Under the pieces are notes generated by a model. It saw only the letters and a list, made by a program, of their open reading frames with translations, was not told the DNA's origin and made no database searches. The translations under genes were made by a program, and so were the position numbers. This document shows, one piece after another, positions 40,901 to 52,522 of a stretch of 64,000 bases of DNA. Positions within the stretch are counted from its first letter, which is position 1. The number at the start of each line of letters is the position of its first letter. Source of the stretch: Haplodiscus bocki (lineage: Eukaryota). The stretch spans positions 178,994,001 to 179,058,000 of the forward strand of contig OZ296648.1 of the NCBI GenBank assembly GCA_965655095.1. The letters run 5' to 3'.

Positions 40901-43900
40901 TCGAAATGGGTTCAATATTTCCGCATATAGGGTTCCACACTGTTTGAATTTTTTATATAGGCCTAATCTTCATAGCCTCTCTATTGCACACTTAACTTCA
41001 TTCCTGGTCCAAAACCTTTGCGATAGCTCTTTTTCCCATAGAACCCTGAAAAGCAAACAAATTGTGACCGCTTTGACTGAAATTGTTAATTTGAAACTCG
41101 TTTACATCATTATGCAGATCTCCAACTTCCTTGTTTCTTGCAGAGGCTGTACGACAAAAAAAAGAGACTATGTTCTATCGAACACTACCTTTAGGTGTAT
41201 TCTAACAGTTTCCCGAGGGTTAGTTCTGCAATAAAGTCTGAAAGTTGAAGCAGTTTTGACCAAACTGTGCGAAGTTGCCTCATAAAAGGTCGTTTTTGTC
41301 CACAAGTAGTCATTCAAACTGCTTGATTTCCACACAGGCTCAACGATTAAACTATTTTTAAGATCAGAGCGAAACTTGGTTCCTTCTGACAGATTTCTCT
41401 TTTTTTTCCGATACGCCTCAGAAACCGGACTACTCTCGGTCACTTCCACAAAGAATTCCTTTTTTGTAGATACTCCTGCCCAAGTATAGCACTCGCAACT
41501 GCCTGACATTTGCACAAGGCTAAAGAACAGGCACTGTTCTATCAAGAACTTTTTTGTTGCTGTCCCATAATATACAGAAACTTTGTTTGCGATGAGCTTG
41601 AAATCCAAGCCAAACCTGGCCCTGCTGACAAAAACTGGCATTTCATTGCTCCTTCCCTTTTGCACGTGGCGCTCTGATTTTTGCTTGAAGCTTGCAAAAG
41701 CAAAATGTTGAGCATTTGCTTTCCACACATTGAAAATTGATCGTGGTCCGGGGTCTTTCTGGCAGTTTTTGTTTGCGAAAAAATTTAAACGGCTAGCTAA
41801 TGTTGTCAATTTGATACATAAATTGTCATTTTGTATTTTTTCCATGCAGGCCGTAAACTTCTTTGATTTTTGCAAAAGTTGAACAATGAGACTCAGTTCT
41901 ATCGCAAACTACATTTTGTTTCAGTCCGACAACTCTTCGATAAAGTTTTTGGCGATAGATTTATGAGAACTGATCCAAAAATGACCAACTTGATCAAAAT
42001 AGGCTTTTGAATTGTTGGTTTTTGCACATGTGGGGTGCCAGGATACATGAAAATTGCACTAATTTAACAAAACGACTTTTTTCTGAGCTACGATAGGTTT
42101 ATTTTTGGCACGACATTTTTTCTAACAATTGTTTTGCGACAGAATCTTGGAATTCGAGCCAGTTATGGTAAATTCGATCGAAGTTGCAACAGTTTGTTTT
42201 TTTCGTTGCTGCAATAACGGCTCCAAAAGGCCTAAGTTTACGCGGCTAAGCAGGCAAATTGAGTCTGATTACAATTTTTGTTGGGGGTACACCGACAGTT
42301 TTCTTTGCGACAATATCCTAAAAACTGAGCCCTTTTTTGGCCGAGTTGACCAAAGTTGCATCGAAATGGGTTCAATTTTTCCGCATATAGGTTTCCACAC
42401 TGTTTGAATTTTTTATAGGCATAATCTTCATAGCCTCTCTATTGCACACTTAACTTCAATCTTGGTCCAACACCTTTGCGATAGCTCTTTTTCCGATAGA
42501 ACCCTGAAAAGCAAACAAATTGTGACCGCTTTGACTGAAACTGTTAATTTAAAGGTCGTTTACATCATTATGCAGATCTCCAACTTGCTTGTTTCTTGCA
42601 GAGGCTGTACGACAAAAAAAAAAGAGACTATGTTCTATCGAACACTACCTTTAGGTGTATTCTAACAGTTTCCCGAGGGTTTGTTCTGCAATAAAGTCTG
42701 AGAGTTGAAGCAGTTTCGGCCAAACTGTGCGATGTTGCCTCATTAAAGGTCGTTTTTGTCCACAAGTAGTCATTCAAACTGCTTGACTTCCCACAGGCTC
42801 AACGATTAAACTATTTTTAAGATCAGAGCGAAACTTGGTTCCTTCTGACAGATTTCTCTTTTTTTTGCGATACGCTTCAGAAACCGGACTACTTTCGGTC
42901 ACTTCCACAAAGAATGCCTTTTTGTAGATACTCCTCTCCCAAGTATAGCACTTGCAACTGCCTGACATTTGCACAAGGCTAAAGAACAGGCACTGTTCTA
43001 TCAGGAACTTTTTTGTTGCTGTCCCACAATATACAAAAAACTTTGTTTGCGATGAGCTTGAAAACCAAGCTAAACCTGGCCCTGCTGACAAAAACTGGCA
43101 ATTCATTGCTCCTTCCCTTTTTCACGTGGCGCTCTGATTTTTGCTTGAAGCTTGCAAAAGCAAAATGTTGAGCATTTGCTTTCCACACATTGAAAATTGA
43201 TCGTGGTCCGGGGTCTTTCTGGCAGTTTTTGTTTGCGAAAAAATTTAAACGGCTAGCTAATGTTGTCAATTTGATACATAAATTGTCATTTTGTATTTTT
43301 TCCATGCAGGCCGTAAACTTCTTTGATTTTTGCAAAAGTTGAACAATGAGACTCAGTTCTATCGCAAACTACATTTTGTTTCAGTCCGACAACTCTTCGA
43401 TAAAGTTTTTGGCGATAGATTTATGAGAATTGATCCAAAAATGACCAACTTGATCAAAATAGGCTTTTGAATTGTTGGTTTTTGCACATGTGGGGTGCCA
43501 GAATACCTGAAAATTGCACTAATCTAACAAAACGACTTTTTTCTGAGCTACGATAGGTTTATTTTTGGCACGACATTTTTTCTAACAATTGTTTTGCGAC
43601 AGAATCTTGGAATTCGAGCCAGTTATGGTAAATTCGATCGAAGTTGCAACAGTTTGTTTTTTTCGTTGCTGCAATAACGGCTCCAAAAGGCCTAAGTTTA
43701 CGCGGCTAAGCAGGCAAATTGAGTCTGATTACAATTTTTGTTGGGGGTACACCGACAGTTTTCTTTGCGACAATATCCTAAAAACTGAGCCCTTTTTTGG
43801 CCGATTTGACCAAAGTTGCATCGAAATGGGTTCAATTTTTCCGCATATAGGTTTCCACACTGTTTGAATTTTTTATAGGCATAATCTTCATAGCCTCTCT

Positions 43901-44400
43901 ATTGCACACTTAACTTCATTCTTGGTCCAAAACCTTTGCGATAGCTCTTTTTCCGATAGAACCCTGAAAAGCAAACAAATTGTGACCGCTTTGACTGAAA
44001 TTGTTAATTTAAAGGTCGTTTACATCATTATGCAGATTTCCTACTGGCTTGTTTCTTGCAGAGGCTGTACGACAAAAAAAAGAGACTATGTTCTATCGAA
44101 CACTACCTTTAGGTGTATTCTAACACTTTACCGAGGGTTTGTTCTGCAATAAAGTCTGAGAGTTGAAGCAGTTTTGGCCAAACTGTGCGATGTTGCCTCA
44201 TTAAAGGTCGTTTTTGTCCACAAGTAGTCATTCAAACTGCTTAATTTTCACACAGGCTCAACGATTATACTTTTTTTAAGATCAGAGCGAAACTTGATTC
44301 CTTCTGACAGATTTCTCTTTTTTTGCGATACACTTCAGAAACCGGACTACTTTCGGTCGCTTCCACAAACATTGCCTTTTTGTAGTACTCCTCTCCCAAG
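7970..44400 (+). repeat. Homogeneous higher-order satellite array: 25 tandem units of ~1457 bp, each an 8-mer of ~172-189-bp monomers
   Basis: The unit anchor TTCC(G/C)ATAGAA..CTGAAA recurs 25 times from ~8990 to ~43952 at 1453-1460-bp steps. Within one unit the monomer anchors lie at ~8990, 9180, 9360, 9541, 9726, 9903, 10086 and 10258. Most units carry GAATTC, AAGCTT and AGATCT sites at fixed positions. Confidence 0.97.
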
Positions 44401-47400
44401 TATAGCACTCACAACGGACTGAAATTTGCATAAGGCTAAGGAACAGGCACTGTTCTATCAAGAACTTTTTCATTGCTGTCCGAGAATTCACAAACACTTT
44501 GTTCGCGATGGAAACTTAAAAACCAACCTAAACTTGGCCCTTTTCACATTTTTTGCAGTTTATAGCGATTCTGTTTCTTTCTGTGGGGCCCCTTTTTCCT
44601 AAACTTTGCAGAAGCGTATTCTTGAATATTGATTATGGTGTTGCGGTCTTTCTGGGTGGTTTTTTGGCGAAAAAACTCAAAAATCTGTGTAATTTTGTCA
44701 GTTTGAAGAAGAAAATGTTTCCTTTCGGGTGGTTTTTTGTTTAGGGATTGATTTTCCTTAAAGATTGCAGAGGTTAAAAAGAGAGAATTTTTTGTATCGC
44801 ATACTAGTTTTTGATTCAGTCCAACAATTCTTCGAGTTTTCTAGCAATTTAGACCTGAAGACAGACAAAATTAACCAACTTGATCCAAATCGTCTTTTTG
44901 CTTGTAGAGTTTTGCACAAGTAGGGCTACAGAATACTTGATTTTTAAAAGTGCTCAGAACAAAAACGTCTGTTCTAAATTGGTATGGTATTTTTTATTTG
45001 CGGCACGACAGGTTTTTCATGAAAGTTTCAGACATATTGAAAATCGAGCTTCTTCTGGCCAAATTGACCAAATTTGCCATAACATAGGCCCTTTTGTTCC
45101 GCATTCGAGTTCTAGACGGCCTGAAATTTGTTTAAGTTTAGATTTCGAAGCATTTTAATCTAAGTTTCAAGTTTAATGTTGGTCCCATACTCTTGCGAAA
45201 GCTTTGTTTCCAATAGAAACCTGAAAGGCTGAAAAGCAAGTAGTTTTGGCCAGTTTGAGTACGTTTGATTTTTAACATGTTGCTTAAATCAGCATCCAGA
45301 GCCCCAAGTTGCCTATGTTTTGCAGCGGCGGAACGAATGTAAAAAAAGTCTGTTCTATCATACACTAGTTTTAGGTGCAGTCGAACAGTTTCCCACATGT
45401 AGTGATTCGTACTGCCTTAAATTTGCACTGGCTGAATGAGAAGGTTCTCTTTTAAAATCACAGAAAATTTGGGTTCAGTCCGCCAGAGTACCTTTCTTTG
45501 CGACAAGGGTTTAAAACCCGGACCCATTTTGGCCACTTCCACAAAAAAATCGTTTTCTGAAAATATTTCTCTTTCGAATGTAGCACTCGCAACTGCCTGA
45601 TTTTTGCACAAGTTCAGGAACTAGGCACTAATTTATCACGCAGTTCTTTATGGCTCTCCGAGTGTCTTCAAAACTTCCTTTGCTGAGAAAGTTATTACCA
45701 AGCTAAACATGGCCCTTTTGATAAACTTGGATTTTTGTAGCGCCTTGTTTTCTTGTGGGGCTCTGACTTTCGTCTATCGTTTGCAGAAGCGTACCGTTAA
45801 TTTTTATACACAAACTAAATATTGATTGTAGTGCGGCGTGTTTTTGGTAGCTTTGCTGCAGAAAAACTGAAAAATTTTGATAAATTTGACACTTTGACAT
45901 GAATACTGTTACTTTATTTGTTTTTTTTTCAATCAGGACTTAAACTTGCCTGAATAAAGCAGAGGTTGAACGGAGAGACTTTTTCTATCACACATTACTT
46001 CTTGGTTCAGTCCGACAATTCTTCGAGATTTCTGTTTGCGATAGATTCTTGAAAAATGACCCACAAAGAGGCAAATTGATCGAAGTTTTTCTGCTTGTAG
46101 TTTTTTTGCACATATAGGGTTCCAGAAAACCATAATATTGAACACAGTTAAAAAAGAGTATCTGTTTTGTGCTATGCTAACTTTCAATAGTGGTACTTCG
46201 GTTTTTCTATTGAATACTCGTGACAGGATATTGGAAGTCGAGCCAGTTATGGTCAGTTCGACCGAAGTTGAAACAATTTAAGTGTTTTTCGCCGGATTTA
46301 AGACTCCAAATTGCCCATCTTTGTTCAAACTAAACAAGCATTATGGATTTCTCCTTAGTTTTTTTTCGGTAGAACTCCGACAGTTGTTCGACAGTTTCGT
46401 TTACGATGAAATTTCATAAGTTGAGCCCTTTTTTGACCAAATTTACCACATATGCCACAACATAGGTTCTTTTCTCCCACATATAGGTTTCCAGACTGCT
46501 GGAATTTTGATTAGGTTGAAACTTAAAAGCCTTTCAATTACACACTTAACTTCATTTTCGGTCCAACACTTTTGCAATAGCTCTCTGTCCGATAGAAACC
46601 TGAAAAGCGAGCTCTTTTTGGCCAGGTCGACTAAACTTGTCATTTTACAGGTCCCTTTCTCTCGCTTGTAGAGCTCTAAATTCCGTAAGTTCTGATGAGG
46701 CTGAGCGACTACTGAAGAGAGTTTGTTCTCTCATATACTTAATTTGAGCGCACTCGAAAATTAATCGGTCAGTTTTTTCTGCGAGAGAATTCTGAACGCC
46801 GAAACCTTGCTGGCCAAATTGATCAACGTTGCCTCATTTTGGGGTCGTTTATGTCCACAAGTACTCATTCAAACTGCCTGAATTTCTGAATTTCGCACAA
46901 GATGAACGAGCAAACTGTTTTTAGATCACAGCGAAGTTCGGTTCAACTTGACAGTCTTCTTTCATTTTTGTGGAAAGACTTCAAAAACTGGACCACCTCT
47001 GGTCAATTCTTCAAAAAACCGTTTCTTGACGATACTTCTCTCCCAAGCGTACCACTCGCTACTGCCTGACTTTTGCACAAGTTTAAGGATTAGGCAATGT
47101 TCTATCAAGCAGTTTTGTATCGCTCCTCGAGTCTCTTCAAAAACTTTGTCTGCAATAAAAATGCTTACCAAGCTAAATGCGGCCCCCTTGACAAAGTTGG
47201 GTTTCTGTAGCTCTGTTCTATTTGCACGTAAAACTTTGATTTGTGCGTAAACTTTAGTCCAGCGTTTCTTTGGAAAGTTTTGTTAAAAAAACTGTGAAAC
47301 CTAGCTAACTTTGTCAACCTGAGGCAAAACTTGTCTTTTTTCAAGTGTTTTTTTCGTTAAAGGATAAAACTTGTCTCAATATTGCAGATTCTGAACAAAA

Positions 47401-48986
47401 AGACTCGGTTGTATCACACCTTTTTTTGAAGTCAGTCCGATATTTCTTCCTTATTTTTGTTCGCGATAGGTTTCTAAAACCAAGTAACAATCGCCCAACA
47501 CCGATTTGTAATTTTGTGCACGCGTATGGCTTCAAAGTGCCCGAACAAAAAATGCCCGCGGTTAACAAAGAGTTTTTGTTTTTTGCTATGTTAACTTTCA
47601 GTTTTGTTACTTCCGTTTTTTTATTGAAAATTTGCAACACAATTTTGAAAAACCAGGTTCTTTTCTCAAATTTGAGATTTAGTTGCGAAAACATAATTCT
47701 TTTTTTGCCATAGGGTTCCAAACTGCATGCATTTTGATCGGGCCTATACTTCAAAGCTTCTCAATCGCACACTCAAGTTTAGTTTCGGTCCAAAATTTTT
47801 GCTAAGGCTCTGTTTCCGATGTAATCCTGAAAAGCAAGCTAGTTTCGACCAGTTTGACAAAATATGTCGTTTCACAGTTCGTTTATGTCCGCATGTAGAG
47901 CTCCAAGTTGCGCAAGTTTTGCAACGGCTGAACGAGGGAAAAAAGAATCTGTCCTATCAAACAGTAACTTTGGGAGCAGTCAAACAGTTTTCTGAGAGGT
48001 TTGTCTGCAAAAGTATCGGGGAAGTTGAAGCACTTTTGGCCAAATTGATCAAAATTACATCAATATAGTTCTTTTTTGTCCACATCTATTCATTCAGTTT
48101 GCCCTTACATAGGTCTTTCTCTTCCACGAAGAGGGTTCTAAACTGCAGGAATTTTGAAAAGGTTGAAACAACGAAGTCTTTCAGGGACGGACTCATTTTC
48201 AATCTCAGTCCAACACGTTTGCGATAGCTCTGTTTCCGATAGAAAATTGAAACGCCAATCATTTTCTACCAGTTTGACTAAAAATCTCATTTTACTGGTC
48301 ATTTTTATCCGCATGTGGAGCTCCGAGTTGTCGAAGCTTTGCAGAAGCTAAACGAAGAAAAAACTTGCTCTCATGTATCCTGCACTAAATATAGATGTAG
48401 TTGAACATTTTAACGACAGTTCTGTCCACCAGAGAGTCCTAACAGCTGAAACACTTCTGGCCAAAATGATCAAAGTTGCCTCAATATATTTCTTTTATGT
48501 CTGCATGTAACTATCGAAATTGGCTGCGTTTCGCACAAGTTGGCCATATAGACTCTTTTCTAGATCACAACAAAAGTGGGTTTACTCCAACAGTTTTTTG
48601 TTTTGCCGTAGAATTTCAAAAACCAGACCACATTTGTTCACTTTGAGAAAAATTGCGTTTTTATGTACTTTTCACCGACGTATAGCACTCGGAACTGCCT
48701 CACTTTTGCATAAGCCTAAAGAACGGACATCATTCGATCACAAAATTTTGCTTTACTATCCGACTGTTCTTTAAACCTTGTTTACCAAAGACACTTGAAA
48801 ACCAAGCTAAACTTGGCCTTTTCGAAAGGGATGAGTTTCCAAAACGCCTTTTTTTCTGCATGTGGGGCTCTGCTTCTTTCCTTAAAGTGTCCACAAGCGT
48901 GACGCTAAGCCTTCATTTTTCAGAAACTAAACAATGTTCGAGGTCCGGCGTGCCTTTGGTAGTTTTTTATCAAAAAACTTCGCTGT

Positions 48987-50385
48987 TTCACAATCCTTTC
49001 CTGTTTGTATATACTTTTTCCCGAATATTGCTCTCGTAACTTCCTGACTTTCGCAAGATCTCAACGAGTATACATTCATCTATCACACACTTTTTCTATA
49101 TTTTCCAACTGTTTCCAAATTTTGTTTGCCATAGACGCTTGAAAACCCAGCTATACTGACATTTTCCACAGGATTGGTTTTTTTAACGCCTTTTTTCAGC
49201 ATTTGGGGCTCTGCTTTTGCCCAAAGTTTCCTTAGGCGTAAAATAGAGCACGCTTTTCCCCAAATTAAAAGGTGATCCAGGTGCGGCGCGTTTTTGGTAA
49301 TTTAAACGGGAAACCTTCAATATTTCTGCTGGTTTTGTCAATTTGACACATTATTTGCCTCTTTTTGTGCTATTTCTAGACGCAGGGCGTGAAGTTGCCT
49401 GAAGACTGAAGAGGTTGAAAGGAGAAACGCAATTCCATCACACGATTGTTTGGTTGAGTTCGACTACCCTTTGCTATGTTTAGTTCCGAGAGATTCTTGA
49501 AAACTGAGCCGCAATTGGCCAACTTGATCAAAATTGCAATTTTGCTGGTAGTTGTTTGAACAGAGAGGGCTCTAGAGCAATTAATTTTCGCAGAAGTTTA
49601 ATAAAGTGTTTCCATTCCGTGCTGTCTTTACTTTTAATTGTGGTACGACGGTTTTTCTAATGCATGCTTCTGACAGAGTCTTGAAAACCGAGTCTCTTGT
49701 TGCCAACTTGAGCAAAGTTGCCATAACGTAAGTCCTTTTGTTCTGCATGTAGGGTTCCAAACTGCCTGAATGTTGATTAGGCACATACTTCAAAACCTTG
49801 CAACGAGGAACTCAGTTTTCCGATAGAAACTTGAAAGGCAAGCTAATTTCGGCCAGTTTGACAAAGTTGGTCGTTTTACTGGTAATTAATATCCGCCTGA
49901 AGAGCTCCGAGTTGCCTAAATTTTGCAGAAGCTGAACGAAAAAAAAGTGGCTCTGTTAAATCCTACACTATTTTTGGACGCAGTCAAACAAATTTTTGAC
50001 TGTTTTGCCTGCAAAAGAGTCCTGAAACTTGAAGAACTTCTGTCCAAATTGATCAACGTTTCCTTAATATAATTCGTTTATGTCTACAAATAGCTATCAA
50101 AAATGCTTGCGTTTCGCAGAAGCTGAAAATAGAGACTCTTCTCTAGATTACTACAAAGATTGGTCCGGTTTAACAGATTTCTTCTTTTTGCGGTGAAATT
50201 TCAATAACCGGAGCACTTTGGTCACTTTCACATTTTTTTGCAGTTATTACACACTTTTGTCGCAAGTGTTCTATTCGCAACTGCCTGATTTTTACACAAA
50301 CTTAAAGAAAACACCATTTTAAAACACAAAGTTGCTTTTTTCCCCTACTGTTTTTCAAACTTTGTTTAACATAGACACTTGAAAA
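48987..50385 (+). repeat. Segment duplicated at ~52864-54262 (offset ~3.88 kb)
   Basis: TTCACAATCCTTTCCTGTTTGTAT...CCCGAATATTGCTCTCGTAACTTCCTGACTTTCGCAAGATCTCAACGAGTATACATTCATCTATCACACAC is nearly identical at both sites, and similarity continues for ~1.4 kb. Confidence 0.85.
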
Positions 50386-52217
50386 CCCAGCCAAGCTTGG
50401 ACTTTCGACAAGGTTGGTTTTGTAAAACGCCTTTCTTAATACATGTGGGGCTCTGCTTTTTTCCCTAAAACGTTCACACACGTAACGTTGAACGTTTCGT
50501 GCACAATCTAAACGTTGATCGATGTGCGGTGTGTCTTTTGTTGTTTCTCTGTGAAAAAAATTAAATCAGCTCTTTTTGTCAATTCAACACAAACTTTGCC
50601 CTAAAAAACGTTCTTTTATCAAGCAGCGCTTCAACTTTCTTTACAATTGCACAGGTTGAAGGAATAAACTCAATTCTATCGAACACTATTTTGTGGCTCA
50701 GTTGGACAATTCTTCGACATGTTCGTTCGCTATCGGTTCTTGAAAACTGAGACAAAATTAGCCAACTTGATCAGAGTTGTCATTTTTCGTGTACTTTTTT
50801 GCACATGAACTGCCGAATTCTGCAAAAATTCAGCAAAGAGTTTTTGTTCTGTGCTATGCTACTTTTATTTGTGGCACCATGGTTTTTCTATTAAAGATTC
50901 GCGACACAAACTTGAAAACTGAGCTTCTTTCGACCTATTTGAGCAAAAGTTGCCATTATATAGGTCATTTCCTTCAACTTAGAGTGTCTTTGTTTGCAAA
51001 TTCTTTGATAGGGTTTGAACAACAAAATGTCTCAAGGACATTTTCAGTTTTGATCTCATTTCAACACTTATGCGATAGCTACGTTTCCGATAGAAAACTG
51101 AAAAACAAATCAATTTCAGCCAGTTTGACTTTACTTGTCATTTTATTGGGCTTTTATAAACGCATGTGGAGCTCCAAGTTGCCTAGGGCTTTCAGACGCC
51201 AAGCGAGGAAAAAAGTGGTTTTGATCTATTCTACATTAAGGTTGGATGCAATTGAACTTTTTCGAACAGTTTTGTCTGCGAGAGACTTCTGAAAGCGGAG
51301 ACACTTCTGGCCGAATCGATCAAGGTTGCCTCACTTTAGTTCGTTTATATCTGCATGTAGCTATCGGAACTGCCTGAATTTTGCTCAAACGAAAAATAGA
51401 GACTCTTTTCTTGATTACACATAAAATCGGTTCAGTTCGACAGATCTCTTATTTGCATGAAAATTTAAAAACCCGACCACTTCGCTCACATGCACAATCT
51501 TCTCCTGTTTGTTTATTTTTTCGCCGGAGTGTTGCACTCTTAACTGCCTGACTGTCACACAGTGTTAAGGAACAGGTCTTGTTCTATCACATACTTTTTT
51601 AACTGCCCGACTTCTTTTCAAAACATTTTTTCGCGAAAGAAACTTGAAAGTCAAGCTAAACTTCACACTTTTGACAGAGTCAGTTTTTGGCGCTTCTTTC
51701 TGCATGCGGGGTTTTGAAAAATTTTGCCTAACAATTCCAGAAGCGTTTTGCTGTGCACCTATCTTCTCAGAAACTAGACACTGATTGTGGTCCGGCGTAG
51801 TTTTGGTAGTTGTTCTGCAATAAGTCCTTTTTTTCGAAAATTTGGTCACTTTGACACGAATATTGTTACTTTATAAGTTGTTTTTTTCATGCAAGGCCTA
51901 AACTTGACAGATGTTTGCGAATGTTGAACGAAGAGACTCACCTTTATCACACACCAACTCTGGTTCATTCCGACAAATATTTGGTGTTTTTGTTTGCGGT
52001 AGCTTCTTGAAAACTGAGCCGCAATAGACAAACTTGATCAAAGTTGCCATTTTGCTGGTACCTGTTTTGCACATGTAAGGCTCTAAACTACCTGAATTTC
52101 GCACAAGCCTAACAAAGTGTTTCACTTTCGTGATCATTTGACTTTTACTTGTGGTACGACGGTTTTTCTAATGCATGCTGGCTACAGAGTCTTAAAAACA
52201 GAGTCTCTTTCTGCCAA

Positions 52218-52522
52218 TTTGAACTACATTGCCATAAAGTAAGTGTTTTTGTGCTGCATAAAAGGTTCCAGACTGCCTGACTGTTGATTAGGCACAAACT
52301 TCAAAACCTTGCAACGACAAACTCAGTTTTCCGATAGGAACCTCAAAGGCAAGCCAATTTCGGCCAGTTTGAACTACATTGCCATAAAGTAAGTGTTTTT
52401 GTGCTGCATAAAAGGTTCCAGACTGCCTGACTGTTGATTAGGCACAAACTTCAAAACCTTGCAACGACAAACTCAGTTTTCCGATAGGAACCTCAAAGGC
52501 AAGCCAATTTCGGCCAGTTTGA
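52218..52522 (+). repeat. Perfect 150-bp tandem duplication
   Basis: GAACTACATTGCCATAAAGT starts at 52221 and again at 52371. The two copies read identically. Confidence 0.95.

Noticed and set aside
7970-44400. CENP-B box (NTTCGNNNNANNCGGGN) or identity with primate alpha satellite
   Set aside because: The TTCG sites inspected in the unit are not followed by A..CGGG, and the monomer does not resemble alpha satellite. The analogy is architectural only.
7970-44400. Tandem gene array (5S rRNA, tRNA, snRNA or histone)
   Set aside because: No recognisable RNA-gene or histone sequence is present, and the unit is fully accounted for by eight related monomers.
7967-44497. Recurrent 110-242-aa minus-strand ORFs (MSLNVQLLQNSK.../MQFSKKFTACMEK...) and shorter plus-strand ORFs in every HOR unit
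   Set aside because: They recur only because the DNA repeats. Frames are broken or switched between units by homopolymer indels and stops, monomer lengths are not constrained to multiples of 3, many starts are non-ATG, and no domain is recognisable. dN/dS well below 1 or ribosome footprints would reopen the question.
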